This document shows positions 1 to 12,099 of a stretch of 64,000 bases of DNA, piece after piece. The DNA comes from Asterias rubens. Its lineage: Eukaryota. Where the stretch lies: assembly GCF_902459465.1 (NCBI RefSeq), contig NC_047067.1, positions 16,430,001 through 16,494,000 on the forward strand, given 5' to 3'. Each line of letters begins with the position of its first letter. Position 1 is the stretch's first letter. The notes beneath the pieces are model-generated. The model was not told the origin of the DNA. It searched no databases and was given only the letters and a program-made list of their open reading frames with translations. Made by a program: the position numbers and the translations under genes.

Positions 1-71
1 TATATGTTGAGAATGAGATACACCAGGTGAGAAGACTGGTCTTTGACAATTACCAATAGTGTCCACTGTCT
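1..71 (-). mobile_element. End of a Kolobok-like MITE (family of 9656-10013), cut by window edge
   Basis: Reverse complement of the 9656 element start (…ATTACCAATAGTGTCCACTGTCT) followed by TTAA at 72-75. Confidence 0.75.
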
Positions 72-419
72 TTAATTACCGAGTACTGACTAATTCTTAG
101 AATTTCTTTTTCACATTTGATTCAAAATTAATCGAATTCAAGTCAAAGGCACTCCGCAAATCAGATTTATTTTTATTTGATTAAAGTGAATGCCAATAAT
201 TCCCCTTGTCAATTTAGGGATAAAAAACATTTTTCAAAATAAAAATAAACTTTGTGAACAATTTATGCAAATTAGGGATGGCCGCTTGTAAAAAAAGAAA
301 ACAAAATTTTGTTCAAGAAACTTCAGGTAGTGCTTTATTAAAAACAAACGACAAAAAGTTATTATCAGCAACTTCATTTTTTTTCAAAAAAGTTTCACAT
401 TCCAGAGAATTGCCCACTA

Positions 420-976
420 CCGTAATTTTCGAATTATAACCGCGGTTTATACGTTGATTTTGTGCCCCCAACATCTGTTGTGCAATCTCGAGATTGAGCA
501 GCGCAATTAACAGATTGCTAGCTTTTTGAACTCGCATGCGTACTTATGTGCATAATGTGCACGCTGCAGGATACATACTACACACACGCTACGTCCGTCC
601 TTCCGCCGTTGCAATATCTGTTGTGGATCCACTATTTCTCGGTGTGCGTTGTCGACCGATCTTTGATTCACAGAGATTTTGTTGCCAAAGAAGTTCACAA
701 AACATGGTCAACACAACCGATCATCAAATCGCAAATTCTTGAAAAGGGTTGTTGATGGAAAAAAAAGGACTGATAGTGTGAGATCACCTGTAAACGCGTC
801 AGGTTTGCGTACTTCACTTCCGTGTTTTGAGGTTAGTTTTTCTTTTTTTTTATAAATATATTTTGGTCGCGTATTATACGCCGCGCGGCATATACGCCGA
901 CACCTTAATATTTTTTTTGTATATTTTTGGGAAGTGCGGTTTATACGCCGTGCAGTTTATAATCCGAAAATTACGG
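420..976. mobile_element. pogo/Tc1-mariner-type MITE, TA TSD
   Basis: TA|CCGTAATTTTCGAATTATAA ... TTATAATCCGAAAATTACGG|TA; internal segment (ccaacatctgttgtgcaatctcgagattgagcagc) shared with the 15589-17236 element. Confidence 0.8.
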
Positions 977-1333
977 TACTAGATCCTACAGTGATGATCT
1001 CGAGGAAGTATCTCAAAAACGTTCGAGCGAGATGAGCGAGGGCGAGTTTATTGAGTTTTATTAAGGGGATATTCTACCCCCTGGAAAAGCCAAACCCTGT
1101 GCACGTAACCGCTCGCAAGAAATTACAGGGAAGCGAGGAGTTTTGAGGGCTCTTCGAGGATCACTGACCTGTGAAGACAAAGTTGACTTTGGATTAAAGA
1201 ATAACACCCAATCGAAGACGGGGCCATACAGCTGCTCTAACGGCATTGTAGTAGTACCAAATAGAGTGAGGTTTACTGAATTCAAACACATCTTTGTTAC
1301 AAAAAGAATGTTTAACATTTCAATATATGGATG

Positions 1334-2446
1334 CTAGCCTTGATCAAGGCGCTCCAGCCAGAGCCGCGACCTGCATGCCCACATACATAACACAAATAAC
1401 ACAAAGCGTGCATATAATACGTGTACAGAGTATGTACACATACTGATGTATCTGCCAAAACTAAGGGCGGAGCTCATTATGCTAATGTTTACTAAAAACC
1501 CGTTCTCATTGGTTGCTGATTGACCTATTAACTCTCGCTGCGATGTCAATCACAACGTTCTACAAGCACTCGCACGTGCTCGTCGACGTACGTAAACAAG
1601 CCTAGGCTTGTTTATGTACGTGGCTGTGGCTGTTTTAAAATATGGCAATGGCGCCAGGCGAAAGAGAAATCCCTACTCGGTCCAGTAGGTTGTTTACTGT
1701 AAGTCACTGTGGAAATTTGCAACATCATAGTACAACTACAGAAGCTTGACTTCCGCGGTTAATGCATCAAGCATGATGTAGAAATATAAGGTAGAAAATT
1801 GGACCATACATCAAGTACGTGTGGAATGTGTTTGAGAAAGGTTAAAAAAGTATCCAGGTGTACTTGGTTATAATTCTGAGATGTATTGTAAGGCATGACA
1901 GTACACCACACCCCCACTCCCTTGAAGCACAAACCCTTCATCTGTTTTCCACATTTCACACCAGCCATGTTTGGTTTTATGAGATAAGAAACCCAGCTGT
2001 TTATTTTGTCTTTAATATAGACATTATTATTTATGTAACGTTTCTCTCGGTACATGGGAATTAAAGTTTGGCATCAAAAATAATAATGTGATTGTGAGGG
2101 TCGAAACATATGAGACAGTATAAGATGGTGCGGCCTGCTGAACAACAACTGGATACGATACACGATCAATTTCATCAAACTTACTCTTGCCATACGACAA
2201 CAACTACTTCAACATTACACTTAGTACATCAACTTCAGGGACAAATCTACCTCTTGTACTTCTGATGCTAGTCCTGGTGTTACATAATGAACCCCTCCTC
2301 AGTTGTTCAACCATTACATTGTACATGGTCAACCAACATCGTACCGAGCGATGCTTGTCCGGCACCGGTAGCCCAGTAGGGTAGCCGTACCGTCCGGCAT
2401 CGCAACAATTATGATACCATACATAGCTACTAACATGTACACCACC
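1334..2446 (-). mobile_element. Unclassified interspersed repeat family A, copy 1 (inner boundary approximate)
   Basis: Collinear in reverse complement with ~21436-22508; both end at the palindrome GCCTTGATCAAGGC followed by TAG. Confidence 0.7.
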
Positions 2447-2757
2447 ACACACTGCTCAGCGTACAGCGTAGGCCTATAACACATGGACGTGGAATGATTG
2501 CTATGTCATTCTCAATCGCCCCTGTGATTGGCCAATGTTGAGAATGAAACGCCCACCCTGCATTTATTAGCACTTTTATCGGAATTCCGATAAACTGTAC
2601 AAACCCATCAAGGTAAAAGGCAATTAATAATCAAACTTGACATCATCATTAATGGTGTAAAGCACAACGCATTATTTCTTGTGTAAATAGTTTTGACAGA
2701 GTCTGGGCTCAATCTGGTCTTTTCCATACAAAGACAGTAATTCAAGGATCTTTTTAA

Positions 2758-3893
2758 GAGTCCCTCCCTGTAAGAATGTACCAAATTAGGGGGGGTGGGT
2801 GTGATTCATGGGTTCGCAGATCTTCTTCTAAAAAATTAGAGTGATACATTATCATCCCAAACGAAAAAATCAAAAATTTTAGTTTGCTGACGCTTTCGGT
2901 TTTGGAGTTATCAGTTATCAAAGTTTCGGCCAGAAGACCCTCGAGAAACGAATAATACATTCCCTGTAAACACAAAAATGTGCGCCAAGGTCATCCCAAC
3001 AAAATCGGCAGTAGTGTAGTTTCATATGACCTTTGACCTTTGTTATACTGGTGGGCCAACATGATCCCAATTATTTTTCAATTGAAATCTGTTAAGGAAC
3101 ACTCAACTTAACCAAATACAAGAAAACATTGATGGGATCTTGTTGGCACAGATACTTACAGTGATGAGAAAAGCGAATGTTGTGCCAATTTAGGCCAAAA
3201 TGTGTGGAATGGCAATACTTTAGAAAACTTTCAAAAAATCTTTTGACATGCAAGTTACAGAGATCCCAAGATTCTTTTTTCATTTGTCATTAGATGAAAA
3301 CTGTTCCAACACCCGGTTGTCATTAAAACAAATTGTTGATGTTGGCGCGCAAGTTTACGGAGGTGCGAAAACGCAGTATATTGGTAAAATTTGAACTTTG
3401 ACCTCTATTATTTCTCTGCGCCAACGAGATCCCACGCACTTTGCACTTCAACTTGTTTTAGGGATGCAAGCTCTTTCATGTGAACTTGTTTAATTCATGG
3501 GATCTTATAGGCGCGTTGAGTTATGAGGTGTTGAAAATGGTACGAGGGCACTGTTCGTCAAAGGTTCAGGTGCGCGTAACATGACGCGCCAACGAGATCC
3601 CCAATTTTTTTTTTTACTTTTGTTTTAAGCCTAACTGGAGGTTTCAAAAAATGTTTTACCTTTGTTGGGATGACCTTGGCGCACATTTTTGTGTTTACAG
3701 GGAATGTACTATTCGTTTCACGAAGGCTTTTAGGCCGAAACTTTGATTACTGATAACTCCCAAACCGAAAGCGTCAGCAAACTAATATTTTGGATTTATT
3801 CGTTTGGTATGATAATGTATCACTCTAATTTTTTAGAAGAAGATCTGAGAACCCATGAATCACCACTTGGTACATTCTTACAGGCAGGGACTC
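2758..3893. mobile_element. Long-TIR non-autonomous DNA transposon, Sola3-like
   Basis: ~245-bp TIRs (2758-~3004 and ~3660-3893); termini TTAA|GAGTCCC...GGGACTC|TTAT; GAG ends, TTAA target and long TIRs are Sola3 characteristics. Confidence 0.6.
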
Positions 3894-5860
3894 TTATAGT
3901 GAATGATGATGTCAATTATTGTGCTAGTCTGGAATAACTGTTGAACACCTTTTTGCATCTTATATTACCAGATCAGCCTGAGCAGTTAAGCTACGACAAT
4001 AGCCTGAACTGGTTCCAAATCATAACCTAAAATTATATTAGAGTCATTCAAGTGATAGTGTTTGTTACCAGATTAATCTTCTGAGCAGTCTTTCCACAAA
4101 GTTCCAAGCCTCCAAAGTGTGGGTACAATAAATAAAGATATGTTCATGAGTTTTATTGTAAACATTACAAAGTGGGCATGTTAGTTCTTTAACAACACCA
4201 ATTATTACCACATTCGACAAGGAAACACTTTGTTTGATCAGCAGAGTGGCCTGAGCAGCCTTTTATTTGTTTATGCTACAATGAGCTAAGACATAACAAA
4301 ATGCTTGTATTTTATAAAACTTAACCTGATCTCCGGCAGTTGTCTGCAATCTGCAAGATCATCTAAAATGTGTTTAAAGTGATTCCTAATAGTCGCTTAA
4401 CCTGCGAATCAATAAGTAATAAATCAAGCAATTAAAGCCAAACTGATTTATGGCAGATTGCAAAAAAATCCACGAAATCAACAACAGTGAATCAACCAAT
4501 AGCAAAACTGACCTCTGGCAGTAGTTTAAATCCGAGGTCACGAAAACTACTACTGCATACAGGTCTCGGACGAGGCTGTACTGCGAAACCAGAAGTGTTA
4601 AAATAAAAGGTCTACAAAGGAACTTGAAATTAAAGCAAATATAGCACAGTTAAAAAAACATCTCATATTTCACGGTTGTTGGCAAATTAAGCCAAAGTGT
4701 CTAGAATACGGTTCATCCCGTCAACGGCAGAATACCATAGTTATAATAATGATAATACATTTAACAAAGACCCCAAAGTAGCAAATTGTAACAGCTGAAT
4801 GAACACACCTGGGGACTATTGAGGTGTAAACAATGAATTACGGCCAAACGGTCATCGCAATGACCGCCGCAAAAATATCCTCAATTCAGTTGGGTATTAT
4901 CTTTTATGGAAATAAAGTGCGAAGTGCATCATTAAAGTTAAAAATCAAGAAATGGGAAGCTGTACTTGAAAGGTGGATGCCGTCGTGGATCAGTAACTCA
5001 CGACTCGACCACACTGATTGGGGATGGTTAATCAAACCACCAGGTGAGGACCGAAACAGACCACCCACATTGTTTTGCTTGATCACCTCAGGATAGGCAA
5101 TACGTGGTAAAATTTCCGACCAGAAAATTGTGGCGTGCGGCAAAAGTTCTCAACCGATGAATGTCATCCATCATGCATTTCTTTGGCACCCTGCTAGACC
5201 ACAGGGTGTGCAGTGAAAATGTGCTTAGAAATGAAGTTTCATGGCGCACCTCTTGCATGAGCGTGGAAACAGGTTTAATTAATAGACAATTACATGCTGA
5301 TTACCAATACATAAATCCACAATTGTCAAACTAGCCAGTTTGGAAGTTATTTGCATTTTAATTAAGCAATATGAAAATTTTTGAAAACTGTGTACATTTC
5401 AATGGAGCATTGATGCAAGGAATTATTTATCATGAAAGGGTGATCTATTTTAGGATTTCCCTTACTCAAAAGTTGCAATAAAATGGCCCATTAGGGGTGG
5501 ATCTAACGCTGTCTACTCAAAAATACAATTATTTTATCCTTAAACAGAGAAGTACTATTTTTCAACAATAATTTTGTTGTTCCAAACACAGTTAGATTTA
5601 CTGTCAACACATTTTAGAGACCATCTAAATATTACAGAAATTATTGTTCCGGTCATACTATGGAAAACTACTACCTCTCCCACATGTTTTAATATGGATT
5701 ATTATGTTTACTATGACAGAACATCTTAGGCCGCCAACTTTATCTTAATTAATATCCCTACTAATAGGTTAACACAAAACAACATTTTCTTCTATATGAA
5801 TTTTTTGCTTTATTCCGTCATGGTCACCTCTTTTCAGGCTTTTCCCATCCTGTTTTGATA

Positions 5861-6250
5861 ATAACAAATACTCCATGTCCTTTGTCTGCCCATACAATAT
5901 CTGCCCTAACAAGATACTCTGTTCATCAAGTATGAAGAATCCACATCTAGTAATAATTTGTTCAGTGAACAATTTATTTCAAGTGAAGACAAGTTTCCCT
6001 TTATTCACTTCTGCTTTTGCATTGAATCTTCAAAGAATATTTTGTAACTATCCAAAAAAAATAACAAATACTCCATGTCCTTTGTCTGCATGGACAATCT
6101 CTGCCCTAACATGATACTCTGTTCATCAAGTATGAAGAATCCACATCTAGAAATAATTTGTTCAGTGAACAATTTATTTCAAGTGAAGAAAAATTTCCCT
6201 TTTTTCACCTGCATTGAATCTTCAAAGAATATTTTGTAACTATAAAAAAA
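5861..6250 (+). repeat. Tandem dimer, 200-bp unit
   Basis: ataacaaatactccatgtcctttgtctg starts at 5861 and 6061; the copies continue with few differences. Confidence 0.9.
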
Positions 6251-6939
6251 AAATCAGTATTGTAAACTTTGAAAGTAAGTAGTTAATAGAGACCGACATT
6301 ATTTATTTGTGGTTTTAGGTTTTTACTATAGCTTTACTCATCTGTTTACATGAAGATACATAATTATCTCAATTTTAATTATTATTTGCCATAAATAAGT
6401 ATTCTTTATCAGACTTATCATTGTTTTTAATAAGAGCTTTAGTTTTTACACTTTCACAGTTTGTGCACAATTGCATTTTAAGTATATGCCCGGTAGACTT
6501 TTGTCCGAACAAAGTTTGCCTCGACCACATCTACTCTTTTGCATGAGCAATGTACATGTACACATTATAGAATGCTGTCAAGCGCTTGGAGTAGGTTTGT
6601 CCAGTTGGCAAGTTTTCATCCTTAACCTTCCAGCCTCGACTAACGTGGGGAGATAGTACATCTGGAACTTTCTGTTGAGAAAAAATAAAATTAAAGTCAT
6701 GGTGGTAATAAAATATTTGAAGCACAAATTTTTGCCTCAAATTGATTTTTAGCAAACTGTCTTTATAGTAGAATTAAACAGTTGTGGCGTATTGCAACCA
6801 CCAGGGGGGCACCTGGTCAGCTCAGCTGCGTGCACTGATTTGGGATTTACTCCATTTGTGCATATAGCTGACCCTTTTCCCAGGTTGTATTATCCCAACA
6901 GAGTGGTCCCTCCATCCCCGGGTGGCCCAGTTGCTCTTG

Positions 6940-7550
6940 CTGCTGATCGACCCGTCCTCACGTGGACTTGTTTGCCTCTCTGGCGAACAATCAACTGACG
7001 ATCTACTGTGCCAGGGGTCCCAACCCCGAGGCTTGGCAGATCGACGCACTGGCCATGCACTGGGACGGGGTGCCGGCGTACGCCTACGCCATACGCCTAT
7101 GCCATCTCCCTCATTCCGCCGGTGCTGACCGAGATCGAGTAGGATCACTGCAAGGTTCTCTTGATTGCCCCAATCTGGCCTCCACAGCCCTGGTTCCCTT
7201 GGCTGGTCAGGCTCCTGGTGCACAGGCCGATGGTCCTCCCGCAGCGACCGGACCTTATGTACCAGCCCGGATCCATAGTGTTTCATCCGGCTGTGGAGGC
7301 CCTGCACCTGACGCGGTGGGCACTGTCAGAGATCCCTCAAAGCAGCGGGCCTCTCAAGACGAGCTGCGGAGGTCACCGCCCGATCCGGGAGGGTGTCCAT
7401 TCGGAGAGTATCCATTTCTTTAAATGGTGTAGACGGCGAATTATACATCCCGCCAATACATCTGTTCTGGTACCTTTTCGAAAGTGGGTTGGCGACGACC
7501 ACGGTGAAAAATTCCGGTCGGCCATCGCAGCGGCCATTGTTTTGGTAATT
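6940..7550 (+). mobile_element. DIRS retrotransposon fragment (MT domain and start of YR), frameshifted
   Basis: DLFASLANNQL..YCARGPNPEAWQIDALAMHWDGVPAYAY..LIAPIWPPQPWFPWLVRLL..FKWCRRR..FRSAIAA, collinear with 34350-34930. Confidence 0.85.
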
Positions 7551-8111
7551 CCATTTATGTATTAGTCTGTCATGCTGACCGTTGCTGTTTCCGGGTCACG
7601 TGCAGGCGCCAGCGAATAAACCTGAAAAAAGAAAAAACCCAAAGAAAACCACACGTCCAGCTACGTCACTTCTTTTGGCAATATGTTTGCTGCCACCATC
7701 GGTCAAAGGCCCTCGTGTTTCTGGAAGTTTTTACGTTTTTAAGAATTGTTGGGTTTTTTTTCTCCCCGTTTTTTTCTTCTTCACAAATACAAGATGAGTG
7801 TAAATCTGGATAAAAACAAAAGCTACATGTATTTCTGCTTATACAAATATGTATGAATTTTCTAAAATAGCCATTTTTACTGATGTCAGAACAGGGTATT
7901 GATGAATGGCTATACCACCCAAAATACAAAGAGGAAAAACACATTTTTACTAATGAAGCAAATGGATTATTGACTGTAGGGTCTAAACCCCTTAAAAAGA
8001 ATACATAGTTCTAACTAAATTATTTGATGTTAAAACCCTGCTTGAAATGTGATTCCAGTTGGTCCCTTCATTTAAAATTTTAAATGCCTTGTGATTACTT
8101 TTTTTTTATAG

Positions 8112-8211
8112 CCACATTGAGGTGAAAACTGCACCAAGCTCTAGATATGTTTTCAGTGTCTCCACACATCAGAGCATCCAAGCTGGAACAGTGGGATTCA
8201 GTCTTCCACAG
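8112..8211 (+). CDS. NSF: NSF (vesicle-fusing ATPase) internal coding exon, N domain
   Basis: tttttttatAG|c cac att gag...ctt cca cag|GTaaaa; encodes HIEVKTAPSSRYVFSVSTHQSIQAGTVGFSLPQ, matching recalled human NSF [34 protein letters not shown]. Confidence 0.93.
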
Positions 8212-8284
8212 GTAAAAAATGCATTGTGACAGTTATTTGTTGTTTGTTGAGTCCCGGTCCTTGAGCAAGATGCTTTACTTCTAG

Positions 8285-8540
8285 TAATAATAACATGCAT
8301 TTATATAGCGCTTAATACCAGGTTTCTAAGCTCTGCAACAAGAAGTGTATGTTAAAAAAAAAAAAGTACAATTTAACGTGGGATGAAATAGCAGAATTTG
8401 AACAGCTTAGATGGATTTAAACAAGTGTGTTTTGAGAGGGGTTTTAAATGAGTCCAGTGTAGTGGAGGCACGGATGTGGACAGGAGTGGGTGTGGCGATT
8501 GAGAAGGTGCATTTTCCAAAGCGAGTGTGGGGGATAGGAC
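8285..8540 (-). mobile_element. L2/CR1-type LINE 3' fragment
   Basis: Minus strand encodes PVHIRASTTLDSFKTPLKTHLF and ends GCGCTATATAAATGCATGTTATTATTA. Confidence 0.7.
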
Positions 8541-8742
8541 CAGAGTTGAATTACTATAATTGCTTCTCTTTACCCAGGGTAAAAATGGGTACATGGAGGA
8601 CAGGGGGTAGATGGTTTTTAGGTGTTCGGGCATTAAGCCCGAACAACTCTTTGTTATTTTGTTTTCATTTTTTTATTTTTTTTATTTTTATTATTCCCCT
8701 CGATGTCGATTGTCCACAAGATTAATTGATTGACGTATCTCC

Positions 8743-9341
8743 TAGGCCTGGGTGAATTATTCGAATATCCGGTTAATGGCGAATAGGTTTTCCTATCCAT
8801 AACCGCGAATGCCTTTTTTTTTTTTACCGGATATCCGCATAGGGCGCGAATACCTATTTATAAACTGGATAGTTCTGTAATCACAACCAGGTATTAAACC
8901 GGATATTCTTTTAATATCCGAATATCCGCGGACGTCGGGCGACAACTGATAGGAATGTTTTGTCTGAATCCTTATGAAACTTCTATTAAGACAGCATAAA
9001 ACAGCATAAATTAAGTATTTAACTATGCTCACCTCCGTGAAGAGTTGAAACAATGACATTTCTGACGTAATTTGTTTAAAGATTACGAAAGTTTTCCTTC
9101 ACGTTGAGTCAATCACGATCAAAAGAAAAAGCAAATCGCCATCTTTAAATTAGATCCGGTTATTTTTATGAATGAACCGAGTGACACTGTCTAAAACTAA
9201 TATCAATCCGCCCATACGATCTCATTCACAAACGAACAGCGCCCTCTAGCGGCGAAAACAAACTATTCAAATATCCGGTTAATTTCGGATAGTTGGCCAG
9301 CGGTATCCGAATATCAAAATTTCACTATTCGCCCAGCACTA
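8743..9341. mobile_element. hAT-type MITE
   Basis: TIRs TAGGCCTGGGTGAAT / ATTCGCCCAGCACTA; 8-bp TSD gtatctcc / atatctcc (7/8); many internal ATATCCG/CGGATAT motifs. Confidence 0.85.
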
Positions 9342-9474
9342 ATATCTCCTATTAATCGAGAGCAACGGCTTGGACAGTTGTGCCACATCACGTGATACGT
9401 GGCCTTACCATTTCATAGCTGGAGGGGTGAACAATCATAATTTTTGCATTGTTTGTTTTTTTGACCGAAATAGT

Positions 9475-9654
9475 ATTTATGAATGGGTATCAAATTGTGT
9501 TGAATCGGTTTTCAACTAGTGGTTTAAACCCGCCGAGGCCTATTTCTTGATGATTTACCTCGACTTCGTCTCGGTAAAATGATCAAGTACCAGGCCTTGA
9601 CACGTTTAAACCACTAGTTGAAAACCTCTTCACCACACATTGATTCCCTTATTA
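9475..9654. repeat. Short fold-back (MITE-like) repeat
   Basis: Perfect 23-bp inverted repeat GGTTTTCAACTAGTGGTTTAAAC at 9507-9529 and 9604-9626, with weaker outer complementarity. Confidence 0.7.
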
Positions 9655-9655
9655 A

Positions 9656-10013
9656 AGGCAGTGGACACTATTGGTAATTGTCAAAGACTAGCCTTCACAG
9701 TTGGTGTATCTCAACATATGCATGAAATAACAAACCTGTGAAAATTTGAGCTCAATCGGTCATCAAAGTTGCGAGATAATAATGAAAGAAGAAAACACCC
9801 TTGTCACACGAAGTTGTTTGCTTTTAGATGGTTGATTTCGAGATCTCGAAATCAAATTCGTTGAAAATTACTTCTTTCTCCAAAACTATGGCACTTCAGA
9901 GGGAGCTGTTTCTCACAATGTTTTATACCACCAACCTCTCCCCATTACTTGTCACCAAGAAAGGTTTTATGCTAATAATTATTTTGAGTAATTACCAATA
10001 GTGTCCACTGCCT
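9656..10013 (+). mobile_element. Kolobok-like MITE, TTAA TSD
   Basis: TTAA|AGGCAGTGGACACTATTGGTAATT ... AATTACCAATAGTGTCCACTGCCT|TTAA; purine-purine start distinguishes Kolobok from piggyBac (CC start). Confidence 0.8.
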
Positions 10014-10286
10014 TTAAAGTACATGTACCACTAAATTTCTTCTCATACAAAAGTGTGGCAAACCACTGGTTTGTCGAATGAGCTTTCTTTTTACATTTTA
10101 AAAGAATACTTTGCAATGGGTTTTTAAGTTTCTAAAACTTTCAATGGTTCAGGTAGAAAAATATACAACTTTAACGAGATGGGAAGGAAATAAATGTTTA
10201 ATTGAATTGAATTGAATCGAATTTAACTGACAACTCCTTATTTTGTAATAATAAAATGATTGAATTATTTTGCATTTTTTTCTCAG

Positions 10287-10326
10287 AGGAAATGGGCAGT
10301 ACTTTCTATCAACCAAGATATTGAAG
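10287..10326 (+). CDS. NSF: NSF internal coding exon (40 nt)
   Basis: ttttttctcAG|agg aaa tgg...att gaa g|GTaatt; RKWAVLSINQDIE vs human RKWAGLSIGQEIE; phase fits both neighbours. Confidence 0.95.
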
Positions 10327-10725
10327 GTAATTCTATTATTGAGTTTCTTCTTGAATTACAAGTGCTTTGTGAAAAAACCTTTAAAATAAAGACCTTCTCT
10401 ATGAAAAATGAAAGACCAACACCTAAAATACATGGAAATAAGAAAAAATATGTTAGGTTATTCCCCCCACAATTACTATGAAAAAACACAAAAAAAAACT
10501 ATGTGTTGCATTTGTTGTCTATTTCATTCTTCTTCCCCCGACAGGCTAATCATCAAGAAAAATTTACAACCAGAGGGCGCCCTCTCGCGCCCACCAAGCA
10601 TGCCACGCAGTAACTCGCGTGGTATACTTGAGTTTTTTCCACCCTTTTGCTTTAGCTAGAGTCCTTGTACGTCCACTTAATTCCTATTAAGATTACAACC
10701 AGTTCATGAGTAGAGTTTTCAGTCA

Positions 10726-11893
10726 TAGTCCAGGCATTTCATGCAAAAAAATGGGTAAACCTCGGACAAATTGCAACAGAAAGTCTGTAAACTGATTCAT
10801 ACCCAGAATTTTGTCCTCTATAACATATCAAAACTCTTAAGCAATCTGAGTAGGGGAAAGTGTCATGGAGGCCATTTTTCGAAATTAACCTGGGGGGGGG
10901 GTGGGGGGGGGGGGGTGGGGGGGTGGGGGGGGGGCCTCGGTCCTGGCCAAGCCTGGAAGAGACCCGTATCTGCAGAGGAGTTCTGCCAAGCTGATGTGTT
11001 AACCAGGATCAAGGAGCTCATCAGGGCCAAAACCAAATCATTCAAGTCATTTAGGATTGTCCACGCACTATTTACAGTACGTGGAGATGGTGGATATACT
11101 ACGGAAGTTTGTCAGAGAAGAGCGCTTTGGCAACTGGGCATTGCACATTGAAGCTGTGTCAGAAATGCTGCGCTACCTGGTAGCTTCTGGGCACAACCCC
11201 TATACCAAATCAGCCTACCTCTGTGTGCATCGGTTGAGCAAGCGCAAGGATGAACGTCAAGATGTATACCGACGATTTGAAGAAGGGTTACATCTTTTCA
11301 GAAGAAGTGACCGCCTTTGGACTGGTCTGTCCGTAGATCTTACCATCAAAAAGGTCCTGATGAGGGAAGACCAGCGGTGGCCTGATGAGAGGGCGAGGCA
11401 TATGACGAGGTGTGTTAAAATGATTGACACTTCCTCAGAATATGCTTTTTGGTCAAGTTTAGCTTGTAAAAACATGTATGATTGGATTCCTGGCCCCAGA
11501 AAATGTTTGTCTAGCACTTAAAATTAAAGCCCTAAGTCGTTTAGAAGCGGAGATAATTGGAAATATCTGTTTTATGGTGGCCATTTTGGAAAATGGCCGC
11601 CATGTATTTTTTGGCCAGGTTTAACTTTACGAAATGCGTTTAACTTGATTCCTAGTCAGTGAAAATGTATGTTTAGCACTTAAAATTTAAGCCCTTAGTC
11701 ATTTAGAAGCGGAGATATTGGGAAAAACTCGGGTTTTGGGGGCCATTTGTCAAAATGGCCGCCATGACACTTTCCCCACTTGGATTGCTTAAGAGTTTTG
11801 ATATGTTATAGAGGACAAAATTCAGAGTATGAAACAGTTTGCAGACTTTCTGTTGCAATTTGTCCGAGGTCATATCAAATAATGCCTGGACTA
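10726..11893 (+). mobile_element. Academ-like non-autonomous DNA transposon with transposase remnant
   Basis: TCA|TAGTCCAGGCATT...AATGCCTGGACTA|TCA (3-bp TSD, TAG..CTA ends, >150-bp TIRs); peptide EERFGNWALHIEAVSEMLRYLVASGHNPYTKSAY resembles recalled Academ-type transposases. Confidence 0.75.
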
Positions 11894-12099
11894 TCATTTT
11901 TGAGTGACGTTTTGGAAGAGCCTAAGCATTTTTCTGTTACACTTATCTTCCAAATTCTTGAGAAATATTGGCTAAGATATATTCTGAATTCTGGATCGAG
12001 TGCATCCGTTACTTTATTTTCTTAGTGTATATATTATTGTTGTGTCATCCATGTCTTCCTTAATTTAATTAATTACGAATATATAAATTAACTAGTGTC

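Noticed and set aside
1334-1360. Canonical Helitron 3' end for family A
   Set aside because: The hairpin overlaps the CTAG instead of lying upstream, and neither copy is followed by the expected T.
7580-7730. Promoter-like cluster (TTCCGG, GTCACGTG, ACGTCA) as the NSF promoter
   Set aside because: No exon encoding the NSF N-terminus (..RCPTDELSLTNCAVVN..) was found between it and 8112 or elsewhere upstream in the window; such short motifs occur by chance.
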